Assembly: GCF_009914755.1 (NCBI RefSeq)
Contig: NC_060943.1
Length of the DNA stretch: 64,000 bases
Reading direction: 5' to 3' (one strand)
DNA from: the human T2T-CHM13v2.0 reference genome, Homo sapiens
Positions 1-12,900 of the stretch are shown here, one piece after another. The translations under genes were made by a program, and so were the position numbers. The notes beneath the pieces were generated by a model. It did not search any database. It saw nothing but the letters and a program-made list of their open reading frames with translations, and was not told where the DNA came from. Within the stretch, counting starts at the first letter, position 1. Each line of letters begins with the position of its first letter.

Positions 1-459
1 TGGTTTGGGGACGAGCACGTGGCGAATCAGAGGCAGCCCCAGGACTCTTCGTGGAGGACGGACGAGAAGACACCCTTCCTCAACCGGGGCTGCCTGGCAG
101 TCTGGTCACCCTGAGGGACAGCCTGCCTCAGAGGGAAGCTCAGAGCCCCAAGCCCCTCCTTTCCCATCTGAGGGCTGCTGTGAGGAGCCAAGAGGAGCAA
201 GCTCTTCACGTAGTGCTTGGTACACAGCAGGCGCCCACTAGGTGCTAGATGGTGTCATTATTGTGAAGCTGAGGAGAAGCTGCTTTGTCAGGTGGTGGAG
301 GAAAGGGAGAAATTTGCAGTTAGCTTGGGAGGCATCCTGAGCTCAGGCAAGGACCCTACCCGGCAGCTCAGAGCCAACACCTCTCCGTGCTGGAGAAGGG
401 CAGAGTCGAGGCTGCAGGAAATCAGGAGAGAACTCTGGACACCTCAGCCAAGGAAGGAC

Positions 460-1295
460 AAGCCTCCTCCGCCCGGCTGGGGGCTCCCTCGGGCTGGGTC
501 ATCCACGGGGAAGGAAGGAACGGGCTCACCGTCAGACTAGCCACTTTGTCCAGAGGTGGACTAAGCCTCCCTCATTGGACTGGGCGTTCCTTCAAGCAGG
601 AAGCTGTGCCTCCCCCATCAGGCCGGGATTTCCGTAGGAAGAATCCTCAGACCCCGGAGTCACGTGAAGAGAAAACTCATCAGACTAGGGAGACCCAGAG
701 TCAGCGTGCAAGACCAGCGGGCCAGGCAGTCGTCCCAGCAGGCCGGGATTCCCACAGAGAAAAGACGAGGCCTCCCCTCTCAGACTAAGGAGTCCCATGG
801 GGCGAGGGTCTGGCTTCCCCTGTTGACTGGAGGGCCTCACAGACGGGGCCGCAGCCTCCCACCACACTGACCATTCTTTCAAGGAATGACGAACCTCCTC
901 CCTTCAGACCGGGGGTTCCGACAGAGGCAGGTGGGTTACCCCCGAGAGAGTGGAGCTTCTCACAGAGCGGGGGCCAGCGGCATTCCCAACCAGACTGGGG
1001 GTTCAGCAGGGAGGCCCCGGGAGATGGGGTCCTGTAGGAGGGGCTGGGCCTCACCCATTACACTGCTCGGCCGCATTCGCTAGAGAGAATGGGCCTCCCC
1101 TGTCAGACTGGCCCCTTTTAAGGCAGAGTCCAGGACACCCCCATCAGACAAGGCCTCCGACAGGAGACAGACTGGGCTTCCCCGTCCCACCCGTCGACTT
1201 GAAGGATCTCACGGGGAGAAGGGAGCCTCCCCCATCAGACCAGGGAATCCCGTAGGGAGTGGGGGTGGGGTTGTGCCTCCCCCATCAGACAACAC
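460..1295. repeat. Degenerate old minisatellite, core CCTCCCC(A)TCAGAC(T/C)GGG, period about 40-45 bp
   Basis: Core recurs near 609, 676, 771, 895, 982, 1094, 1137, 1226 and 1276. Confidence 0.6.
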
Positions 1296-1336
1296 GGCCA
1301 CACGCGATGACGGCCGCCCCCCAGGCTGCCACATAC

Positions 1337-1471
1337 GCATGTCAAACAGATCCTTTTTGGGGCTGTCCTCCGGCTCGGGGGCGTCCAGACCCTGGGTGTT
1401 GACATACAGGTGCTCCTCGTGGTCCGGGGGGCCCCGGGCGTCCGCCTGCACGTAGCCGTCCCCCGGTGGAG
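1337..1471 (-). CDS. SHC2: SHC2 exon 10 (APPGDGYVQADARGPPDHEEHLYVNTQGLDAPEPEDSPKKDLFDMR)
   Basis: ccccag|CT acceptor, C|gtatgt donor, 135 nt; YVN Grb2-SH2 site and DLFDM motif typical of Shc CH1. Confidence 0.95.
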
Positions 1472-1928
1472 CTGGGGAGTGTAAAGAGGGGCAGGGGGTC
1501 AGCTGGGAGCCAGGCGAGGGGCTCGCAGGGAGCAAGGCGGGGTCCCACGAGGAGCTCCCCCGGCCACCACCTGTGCTGCTGGCTGCAGGGCGGATGCTGC
1601 TCTGGTCTCCCTGTGGTAACCCGCCCGTCTGCAGGTGCCACAGGGAGCATCTTACAGCAGCAAAGCCCCGTCGGGGCTCCAACCAGGGACAAGAGTGGGG
1701 CAGCGTGCGGCTGGGGCTGTGGGCACCAGACGTCCACGCCCAGGGAGAAGGCAGCCGCTGCTCCACCCCACCCCGCCCTGGCCCTCCCCGGCCCAGGGTC
1801 CAGAGCTTCCCAGTGCGTGTATGTTCAGTCTCCACATTTAAAAATAATCACAGTAACTCTGCTTCCCTGTAATTATGCTATCAACATGACGCACGGAGGG
1901 TCACTTATTCTGACTCAGTTCTATTTCA

Positions 1929-2300
<372 letters not shown>

Positions 2301-2571
2301 TCAAACCGGAACAGCATCGCAGGTAACCTTGGGGCATCTCCCTCGGGAGCTGCCTGGACCCCATGTGTATTCTGCCAGGTCCTGACCAGACTGCCTCTGC
2401 CTTGGAACAGGGTCTGGCTGTGAATCCACATGAACGTGAGGCTGCACTAGCCCTTGCTGGGTGACGAGGGCAGAGGGGCTTCTCCCCCGCCTTCCCAGTC
2501 TACCAAGAGGGGCACAGATTCTCTCAGCTTCTTAGGGTCAGGATGGGTGAGAGGGAAGAAACGCAGTTCCA

Positions 2572-3128
2572 AGAGTCCGGGGAGGGAGGACGACAGTGCG
2601 AGAGGCAGAGTCCGGGGAGGGAGGACGACACCGAGAGGGGCAGAGTCCGGGGAGGGAGGACGACACCGAGAGGGGCAGAGTCCGGGGAGGGAGGACGACA
2701 CCGAGAGAGGCAGAGTCCGGGGAGGGAGGACGACAGCACGAGAGGCAGAGTCCGGGGAGGGAGGACGACACCGAGAGAGGCAGAGTCCGGGGAGGGAGGA
2801 CGACACCGAGAGGGGCAGAGTCCGGGGAGGGAGGACGACACCGAGAGGGGCAGAGTCCGGGGAGGGAGGACGACACCGAGAGGGGCAGAGTCCGGGGAGG
2901 GAGGACGACACCGAGAGGGGCAGAGTCCGGGGAGGGAGGACGACACCGAGAGGGGCAGAGTCCGGGGAGGGAGGACGACACCGAGAGGGGCAGAGTCCGG
3001 GGAGGGAGGACGACACCGAGAGGGGCAGAGTCCGGGGAGGGAGGACGACACCGAGAGGGGCAGAGTCCGGGGAGGGAGGACGACAGTGCGAGGGGCAGAG
3101 TCCGGGGAGGGAGGACGACAGTGCGAGA
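2572..3128. repeat. VNTR, 35-bp unit CAGAGTCCGGGGAGGGAGGACGACACCGAGAGGGG, about 16 copies
   Basis: Near-perfect tandem copies read directly. Confidence 0.95.
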
Positions 3129-3694
3129 CGCAGGCGGGTGGAGGAATCCCTGGACCCTGGACCCGCGCTATGGGCACATTTGTAGGAGTTCTTGGCCAGA
3201 GAATCGGGAAGGGCATGAGTGCAAGTGAGAACAGCCCGGGTGTGGGCACAGGGGCAGGGAACGCTGGCGAGCCCCCGGTCCGGGGTGAGCAGCCAGCATC
3301 CCAGAGGAACGTGCGCCAGGACCAGAGCACAGCTGGGCACCGGGTGGGCACTCGATGGCTCGAGTTTCTCTGACCAGCTCGAGGGCTCTGACGCTTGGCA
3401 GCGAAATGCCAGATTGTTTGGGAAGATCTAAAAAAAGCTCAACACAGATGTTAGCAAGGCTGTTAGGAAACAGGCAGCCGCAGGCGGGGCTGGTGGGCGA
3501 GCCGACTGCACAGCCGCCTCCAGGGTGGACTGGCACCGCCGGTAACGTGATTAAGGCCGGCGCTCCGTGACCCGGCAGTTCCCGGCTCAGCATGCACTGG
3601 AGAGAAGGGCTCGTGGGAACGAGGGGCGCCTGCCGCGGAGCTACCTGAGGGAGCGGGAAGGATCCTCAATGCCCATCAGGAATGGCTTGGGTAA

Positions 3695-4215
3695 GGGGGA
3701 ATTGCACACGGCACAGGGAAGGGGAATTGCACACGGCACAGGGAAGGGGAATTGCGCACGGCACAGGGAAGGGGAATTGCGCACGGCACAGGGAAGGGGG
3801 AACTGCACACGGCGCAGGGAAGGGGAATTGCGCACGGCACAGGTAAGGGGACAGGGGACGGCGCACAGCACACGGAAGGGGGCGGCACAGGGAAGGGGGA
3901 ACTGCACACGGCGCAGGGAAGGGGAATTGCGCACGGCACAGGGAAGGGGGAACTGCACACGGCGCAGGGAAGGGGAATTGCGCACGGCACAGGTAAGGGG
4001 ACAGGGGACGGCGCACAGCACACGGAAGGGGGCGGCACAGGGAAGGGGGAACTGCACACGGCACAGGGAAGGGGGAACTGCACACGGCACAGAGAAGGGG
4101 GAACTGCACACGGCGCAGGGAAGGGGGAACTGCACACGGCACAGGAAAAGGGAGGCCACATGGCACAGGGGAGGGGACGGCACAGGGAAGAGAAATTGCA
4201 CCCCGCACAGGGAAG
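3695..4215. repeat. VNTR, 25-26-bp unit GGGGAA(T/C)TGC(A/G)CACGGCACAGGGAA with 150-bp higher-order duplication
   Basis: Period 25 at 3721/3746/3771; interrupting block aggtaaggggacagggg recurs at 3841 and 3991. Confidence 0.92.
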
Positions 4216-4954
4216 GGAGGATCTCTTGAGCCCAGGGCTTTGAGATCAGCCTGGGAAACAGTGAGACCTCACCTCCACACAATTTAAAAATGTGCTGGGT
4301 GCAGTGACGCACGCCTGTGGTTCCAGCTACTCTGGAGTGTTAGGAGTGAGGACTGCTTGAGCCTGAGAGGTGGAGGCTTCCGTGAGCCATGATCACACCA
4401 CTGCCCTCCAACCTGGGCGACAAAGCAAGACGTCTCAAAAACAAAAAGCCAAAGCTCGAAGTGCCCGGTGGGAATGTCGGTTGAGCGGGCAATTACTGAT
4501 TCCTACTGAAATGGCCCGAGTGCCCCTCCCTGGGACGCGTTTGTTGAGTCCTGGCACACAGGCGGACCGTTTAAGGTCACCACACTGCTGTCTGTCATGG
4601 CAAAGGCCTGCAATCAACGCAGATGTCCAGGACCAGGGCGTGAGTGGAATAAATGATGTAACCATGAGGAAGTCTGGCGTGCACAGTGTGGGAAGAACCC
4701 CTGATGTTTGCCCCATGGACACAGCAAGGTGGAAGATGGATGGGTAGCACACCCTATCTGCAAAAACAAGGGCTATGACGCACGTTTGAACTGGCTTGAA
4801 TATCCGTTGAAAAGCTAGGAAAATAACTCAGGAGCCACTGACAGCTAACAGTGGCTGCCTGATCAGGGAGGCAAAGAAAACAGATGCAGACAGGTATGAA
4901 AGAGATTGCTCATTGAACGGCTTTTTAAACTCCATGATGTTTTGAACCATGTGG

Positions 4955-6712
4955 ACGAATGCAGTACCTATATCCAACATGCAGAGAAACCTAATACTGT
5001 GTGGATGACACAGTATCTACACCCAACGTGCACAGAAACCTAATACTGTGTGGATGACGCAGTACCTATACCCAACATGCACAGAAACCTCATACCGTGT
5101 GGATGACGCAGTACCTATATCCCAACATGCACGGAAACCTCATACCGTGTGGATGACGCAGTACCTATACCCAACGTGCACGGAAACCTAACACCGTGTG
5201 GATGACGCAGTACCTATATCCAACATGCAAAGAAACCTAATACCGTGTGGATGACGCAGTACCTATATCCCAACATGCACAGAAACCTCATACCGTGTGG
5301 ATGATGCGGTACCTATACCCAACGTGCACGGAAACCTAACACTGTGTGGATGATGCAGTACCTATATCCAACATGCACAGAAACCTAACACCGTGTGGAT
5401 GACGCAGTACCTATATCCAACATGCAGAGAAACCTAATACCGTGTGGATGACACAGTACCTATACCCAACATGCACGGAAACCTCATACCGTGTGGATGA
5501 CGCAGTACCTATACCCAACATGCACGGAAACCTAACACCGTGTGGATGACGCAGTACCTATACCCAACACGCACGGAAACCTAACACCGTGTGGATGACG
5601 CAGTACCTATATCCAACATGCAGAGAAACCTAATACCGTGTGGATGACACAGTATCTACACCCAACGTGCACAGAAACCTAATACCGTGTGGATGACGCA
5701 GTACCTATACCCAACGTGCACGGAAACCTAACACCGTGTGGATGACGCAGTACCTATATCCAACGTGCACAGAAACCTAACACCGTGTGGATGACGCAGT
5801 ACCTATACCCAACATGCAGAGAAACCTAATACCGTGTGGATGACACAGTACCTATACCCAACATGCACGGAAATCTCATACCGTGTGGATGACGCAGTAC
5901 CTATACCCAACATGCACGGAAACCTAACACCGTGTGGATGACGCAGTACCTATACCCAACATGCTCGGAAACCTAACACCGTGTGGATGACGCAGTACCT
6001 ATACCCAACATGCACGGAAACCTCATACCGTGTGGATGACACAGTACCTATACCCAACACGCACAGAAACCTAACACCGTGTGGATGACGCAGTACCTAT
6101 ATCCAACGTGCAGAGAAACCTAATACCGTGTGGATGACACAGTATCTACACCCAACGTGCACAGAAACCTAATACCATGTGGATGACGCAGTACCTATAC
6201 CCAACATGCACGGAAACCTAACACCGTGTGGATGACGCAGTACCTATACCCCAACGTGCACGGAAACCTAATACCGTGTGGATGACGCAGTACCTATATC
6301 CCAACGTGCACGGAAACCTAATACCGTGTGGATGACGCAGTACCTATATCCCAACATGCACGGAAACCTGATACCGTGTGGATGACGCAGTACCTATACC
6401 CCAACGTGCACAGAAACCTAATACCGTGTGGATGACGCAGTATGTATATCCAACGTGCACGGAAACCTAATACCGTGTGGATGACGCAGTACCTATACCC
6501 CAACGTGCACAGAAACCTAATACCGTGTGGATGACGCGGCACCTATATCTCAACATGCACAGAGACCTAATACCGTGTGGAAGACGCAGTACCTATATCC
6601 AACATGCATGGACACCTAATACCATGTGGATGACACAGTACCTATACCCAACATGCACGGAAACCTAATACCGTGTGGATAATGTAGTACTTATACCCAA
6701 CATGCAAGGAAT
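4955..6712. repeat. VNTR, 49-50-bp unit AAACCTAATACCGTGTGGATGACGCAGTACCTATACCCAACATGCACGG, about 36 copies
   Basis: Period 49 at 4987/5036/5085; units counted by eye. Confidence 0.96.
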
Positions 6713-6898
6713 CTAGTGTGTGCAGGAAAAACAGACACTGATGATGAAAATCTCAGCAGAGTGTTAGGAGCAAGACGATCTCATAGATTAATGTGAAATA
6801 AGCAGAGAGGAGAAAGACTGAGGGGGAGCCAGCACAGGACAGGGCTGAGGAGCCCCAGAATCCTCGTGGGTACCCCTTGCAGCCCCAGCCCATCCTAC

Positions 6899-6962
6899 CT
6901 GTACCGGTGGACCCCACGTCCCATGGCAGGCTGCAGGCATCTCTTAGAGAAGGAGATGGGCC
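6899..6962 (-). CDS. SHC2: SHC2 exon 9 (GPSPSLRDACSLPWDVGSTGT)
   Basis: ctgtttccag|GGC acceptor, CAG|gtagga donor, 64 nt; supplies exactly the phase 0 to 1 shift needed between exons 8 and 10. Confidence 0.9.
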
Positions 6963-7463
6963 CTGGAAACAGAGCAGTGAGAGGTTCCCCGGTGTGTGCA
7001 AGCCCCTCTTCCTGGCTCTGGACCCCCAGTCTCCCCGCCCGGCCCTCTTAGATGGCTGGAGACTTAGGGGTGGGGAGCACAGCCCTGGCCCTCCCATTGC
7101 TCTCTCACTCTGTAACTAGGCCCCCTGGGTCTGCCGCCCACCTCTGCCGTGGCCTTCCCCGCCTTCTCTCCACCTCGGAAGGTGGTCAGCACATCCTGCC
7201 ACCTTGCAATGGCTGTTCCCCCTGCCTGGATAACCTTCCCCGCTCTGCTCTCCCAGGCAGCTCCTATTCACCAGTCAGGGCTCTACCCAAATGCCGCTTC
7301 CTCAGGGAAGGCCTCCGGACCGCCCTACAGAGTGTATGTCCCCATGGACATCCTCACTGCCTCTCTGGTGGACTTACCAAGGCCCTGATTAAATCATTGC
7401 CGTATTTATTTAGTGTCTGAGGGTAGAAGTCATGTCTGAAATGCCACCTCGTCTAATGTGTCC

Positions 7464-9945
7464 AGAGGAGGCCGGGCAGATAGATGGCGCTTCATCGTGA
7501 GTGAGATCGTGAGTGAGAGTTAGAGGAGGCCGGGCAGATAGATGGCGCTTCATCGTGAGTGAGATCGTGAGTGAGAGATAGAGGAGGCCAGGCAGATAGA
7601 TGGCACTTCATCGTGAGTGAGATCGTGAGTGAGAGTTAGAGGAGGCCGGGCAGATGGCGCTTCATCGTGAGTGAGATCGTGAGTGAGAGATAGAGGAGGC
7701 CGGGCAGATGGCGCTTCATCGTGAGTGAGATCGTGAGTGAGAGATAGAGGAGGCCGGGCAGATGGCGCTTCATCGTGAGTGAGATCGTGAGTGAGAGATA
7801 GAGGAGGCCGGGCAGATAGATGGCGCTTCATCGTGAGTGAGATCGTGAGTGAGAGATAGAGGAGGCGGGGCAGATAGATGGCGCTTCATCGTGAGTGAGA
7901 TCGTGAGTGAGAGATAGAGGAGGCCGGGCAGATAGATAGCGCTTCATCGTGAGTGAGATCGTGAGTGAGAGTTAGAGGAGGCCGGGCAGATAGATGGCGC
8001 TTCATCGTGAGTGAGATCGTGAGTGAGAGTTAGAGGAGGCCGGGCAGATAGATGGCGCTTCATCGTGAGTGAGATCGTGAGTGAGAGTTAGAGGAGGCCG
8101 GGCAGATGGCGCTTCATCGTGAGTGAGATCGTGAGTGAGAGATAGAGGAGGCCAGGCAGATAGATGGCGCTTCATCGTGAGTGAGATCGTGAGTGAGAGA
8201 TAGAGGAGGCGGGGCAGATAGATGGCGCTTCATCGTGAGTGAGATCGTGAGTGAGAGATAGAGGAGGCCGGGCAGATAGATGGCGCTTCATCGTGAGTGA
8301 GATCGTGAGTGAGAGATAGAGGAGGCCGGGCAGATAGATGGCGCTTCATCGTGAGTGAGATCGTGAGTGAGAGATAGAGGAGGCCGGGCAGATACATGGC
8401 GCTTCATCGTGAGTGAGATCGTGAGTGAGAGTTAGAGGAGGCCGGGCAGATAGATGGCGCTTCATCGTGAGTGAGATCGTGAGTGAGAGTTAGAGGAGGC
8501 CGGGCAGATAGATGGCGCTTCATCGTGAGTGAGATCGTGAGTGAGAGATAGAGGAGGCGGGGCAGATAGATGGCGCTTCATCGTGAGTGAGATCGTGAGT
8601 GAGAGTTAGAGGAGGCCGGGCAGATAGATGGCGCTTCATCGTGAGTGAGATCGTGAGTGAGAGTTAGAGGAGGCCGGGCAGATGGCGCTTCATCGTGAGT
8701 GAGATCGTGAGTGAGAGATAGAGGAGGCCGGGCAGATAGATGGCGCTTCATCGTGAGTGAGATCGTGAGTGAGAGATAGAGGAGGCCAGGCAGATAGATG
8801 GCGCTTCATCGTGAGTGAGATCGTGAGTGAGAGATAGAGGAGGCGGGGCAGATAGATGGCGCTTCATCGTGAGTGAGATCGTGAGTGAGAGATAGAGGAG
8901 GCCGGGCAGATAGATGGCGCTTCATCGTGAGTGAGATCGTGAGTGAGAGATAGAGGAGGCAGGGCAGATAGATGGCGCTTCATCGTGAGTGAGATCGTGA
9001 GTGAGAGTTAGAGGAGGCCGGGCAGATAGATGGCGCTTCATCGTGAGTGAGATCGTGAGTGAGAGATAGAGGAGGCGGGGCAGATAGATGGCGCTTCATC
9101 GTGAGTGAGATCGTGAGTGAGAGTTAGAGGAGGCCGGGCAGATAGATGGCGCTTCATCGTGAGTGAGATCGTGAGTGAGAGTTAGAGGAGGCCGGGCAGA
9201 TGGCGCTTCATCGTGAGTGAGATCGTGAGTGAGAGATAGAGGAGGCCGGGCAGATAGATGGCGCTTCATCGTGAGTGAGATCGTGAGTGAGAGTTAGAGG
9301 AGGCCGGGCAGATGGCGCTTCATCGTGAGTGAGATAGTGAGTGAGAGATAGAGGAGGCCGGGCAGATAGATGGCGCTTCATCGTGAGTGAGATAGTGAGT
9401 GAGAGATAGAGGAGGCCGGGCAGATAGATGGCGCTTCATCGTGAGTGAGATCGTGAGTGAGAGTTAGAGGAGGCCGGGCAGATAGATGGCGCTTCATCGT
9501 GAGTGAGATCGTGAGTGAGAGTTAGAGGAGGCCGGGCAGATAGATGGCGCTTCATCGTGAGTGAGATCGTGAGTGAGAGTTAGAGGAGGCGGGGCAGATA
9601 GATGGCGCTTCATCGTGAGTGAGATCGTGAGTGAGAGATAGAGGAGGCGGGGCAGATAGATGGCGCTTCATCGTGAGTGAGATCGTGAGTGAGAGATAGA
9701 GGAGGCCGGGCAGATAGATGGCGCTTCATCGTGAGTGAGATCGTGAGTGAGAGATAGAGGAGGCCGGGCAGATAGATGGCGCTTCATCGTGAGTGAGATC
9801 GTGAGTGAGAGTTAGAGGAGGCCGGGCAGATAGATGGCGCTTCATCGTGAGTGAGATCGTGAGTGAGAGTTAGAGGAGGCCGGGCAGATGGCGCTTCATC
9901 GTGAGTGAGATAGTGAGTGAGAGATAGAGGAGGCCGGGCAGATAC
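7464..9945. repeat. VNTR, 58-bp unit (54-bp variant) AGAGGAGGCCGGGCAGATAGATGGCGCTTCATCGTGAGTGAGATCGTGAGTGAGAG(T/A)T, about 43 copies
   Basis: Period 58 at 7464/7522/7580; highly homogeneous. Confidence 0.96.
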
Positions 9946-9954
9946 ACGGCGCCC

Positions 9955-12900
9955 CATTGTGAGCCTGTGATTGAGTGAGTGAGTGAGATCCTGAGTGAGA
10001 TCATGAGTGAGTGAGATCATGAGTGAGATCATGAGTGAGTGAGATCATGAGTGAGTGAGATCGTGACTGAGATCATGAGTCTGTGAGTGAGATCATGAGT
10101 GAGTGAGATCATGAGATCGTGAGTGAGATGATGAGTCTGAGTGAGATCGTGAGTCTGTGAGTGAGATAGTGAGTGAGACTGAGTGAGATCATGAGTCTGT
10201 GAGATAGTGAGCAAGTGAGTGAGATCGTGAGTCTGTGAGTGAGTGAAATCATGAGTGAGATCGTGAGCCTGTGAGATTGTGAGTGAGATTGTGAGTCTGT
10301 GAGTAAGTGAAATCATGAGTGAGTGAGATCATGAGTGAGTCTGTGAGATCGTGAGATCGTCAGCCTGTGAGTGAGTGAAATCGTGAGTGAGATCGTGAGT
10401 CTGTGAGATCATGAGTGAGCGAAATCGTGAGATCGTGAGTCTGAGTGAGTCTGTGAGTGAGATTGTGAGAGATCGTAAGATATTGAGTAAAATCGTGAGT
10501 CTATGAGATCGTGAGATCATGAGTGAGATCGTGAGTGAGTCTGTGAGTGAGATCGTAAGTGGAATAGTGAGATCGTGAGTCTGTGAGATCGTGAGTGAAA
10601 TCGTGAGTTATATCGTGAGTGAGTGAAATCGTGAGTGATATCATGAGTGAGATCGTGAGTGAGATCATGAGTCAGTGAGATCATGAGATCATGAATAAGT
10701 GAGATTGTGAGTGAGATCGTGAGATCGTCAGCCTGTGAGTGAGTGAAATCGTGAGTGAGATCGTGAGTCTGTGAGTGAGATCATGAGTGAGCGAAATCGT
10801 GAGTGAGATCGTGAGTCTGTGAGTGAGTCTGTGAGTGAGATTGTGAGAGATCGTAAGATCGTGAGTAAAATCGTGAGTCTATGAGATCGTGAGTGAGATC
10901 ACGAGTGAGATCGTGAGTGAGTCTGTGAGTGAGATCGTAAGTGGAATCGTGAGATCGTGAGTCTGTGAGATCGTGAGTGAAATCGTGAGTTATATCGTGA
11001 GTGAGTGAAATCGTGAGTGATATGAGTGAGATCGTGAGTGAGATCATGAGTCAGTGAGATCATGAGATCATGAGTCAGTGAGATCATGAGATCATGAATG
11101 AGTAAATGAGATCGTGAGATCGTGAGTGAGTCTATGAGTGAGTGAGATCATGAGGGAGTGAGTGAGGGAGTCTGTGAGATCGTGAGTCTGTGAGTGAGAT
11201 CATGAGTGACTGAGTCTGTGAGATCACGAGTGAATCTGTGAGATCGATCGTGAGTGAGATCGTGAGTCTGTGAGACTGTGAGTCTGTGAGTGAGTGAAAT
11301 CGTGAGATCGATCGTGAGAGAGATCGTGAGTCTGTGAGTGAGTGAAATCATGAGATCGTGAGTCTTGTGAGTGAGGTCATGAGTCAGTGAGTGAGTGAAA
11401 TCGTGAGTGAGATCATGAGTGGGATCCTGAGTCTGTGAGTGAGTGAAATCGTGAGTGAGACCGGGAGTGAGTCTGTGAGTGAGATCGTGAGTGAGTGAGT
11501 CTGTGAGTGAGATTGTGAGAGATCGTGAGTCAGATCGTGAGTCTGTGAGACTGAGATCGTGAGTCTGAGTGAGTGAAATCGTAAGTGAGATTCTGAGTGA
11601 GATAGTGAGGGAGTCTGAGATTGTAAGTGAAATCATAAGTGAGATCGTGAGTCTGTGAGATCGTGAGTGAGTGATATCGTGAGATCGTGAGTCTGTGAGA
11701 TTGTGAGATCGTGAGTGAATGATATTGTGAGATCATGAGTGAGTGAGATAGTCTGTGAGATCGTGAGTGAGTGTGATTGTGAGTCTGTGAGATCGTGAGT
11801 GAGATCACGAGTGACTGAGATCGTGAGTGATTGAGATCGTGAGTCTGTGAGTGAGATCGTGAGACTGTGAGATTGTGAGTGAGATCGTGAATGAGACTGT
11901 GAGATCATGAGTGAGTGAGATCGTGAGTCTGTGAGTGAGATCATGAGTGAGTGAGATCGTGAGTGAGATCGTGAGATTGTGAGTGAGATCGTGAGTCTGT
12001 GAGTGAGATCATGAGTGAGTGAGATCGTGAGATTGTGAGTGAGATCGTGAGATTGTGAGTGAGATCGTGAGTCTGTGAGATCATGAGTGAATGAGACCGT
12101 GAGATCATGAGTCTGTGAGTGAGATCATGAGTGAGTGAGATCGTGAGTGAGGTGAGTGAGATCATGAGTGAGATCGTGAGTCTGTGAGATTGTGAGTCTG
12201 TGAGTGAGTGAGATCATGAGATTGTGAGTCTGTGAGATCGTGAGTCTGTGAGATCGTGAGTGAGTCTGTGAATGAGATCATGAAATCATGAGTGAGATCG
12301 TGAGTGAGATCGGGAGTGAGTCTGTAAGTGAGATCATGAGATCATGAGTGAGATCGTGAGTGAGATCGGGAGTTAGTGAGTCTGTGAGTGAGACCATGAG
12401 ATCATAAATGAGATCGTGAGTGAGATCGGGAGTTAGTGAGTCTGTGAGTGAGACCATGAGATCATAAATGAGATCGTGAGTGAGAGAGATCGTGAGTGAG
12501 TGAAATCGTGAGTGAGATTATGAGTGAGATCGTGAGTGAATGAGATCGTGAGTCTGTGAGACAGATCGTGAGTGAGATCATGAGTGAATGAGATCGTGAG
12601 ATCATGAGTGAGTGAGATCGTGAGTGAGATCGTGAGTCTGTGAGTGAGTGAGATCGTGAGTCAGATCGTGAGATAGTGAGATCGTGAGTCAGGTGAGTGA
12701 GTGAGATCATAAGTGAGTGAGGTGAGTGAGTGAGATCGTGAGTCAGTGAGATCGTGAGTCTGTGAGTGAGATCGTGAGTCTGTGAGATGGTGAGTGAGAT
12801 CGTGAGTCTGAGTGAGTGAGATCGTGAGTGAGTCAGTGAGTGAGATCATGAGATCGTGAGTTAGTGAGTCTGTGAGTGAAATCGTGAGTGAGTCTGTGAG

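Noticed and set aside
2447-4312. Overlapping 160-300 aa ORFs
   Set aside because: Translations of the 35-bp and 25-bp VNTRs.
4955-9945. Regular repeat arrays as possible CRISPR
   Set aside because: No unique spacers, no cas genes, eukaryotic intron context.
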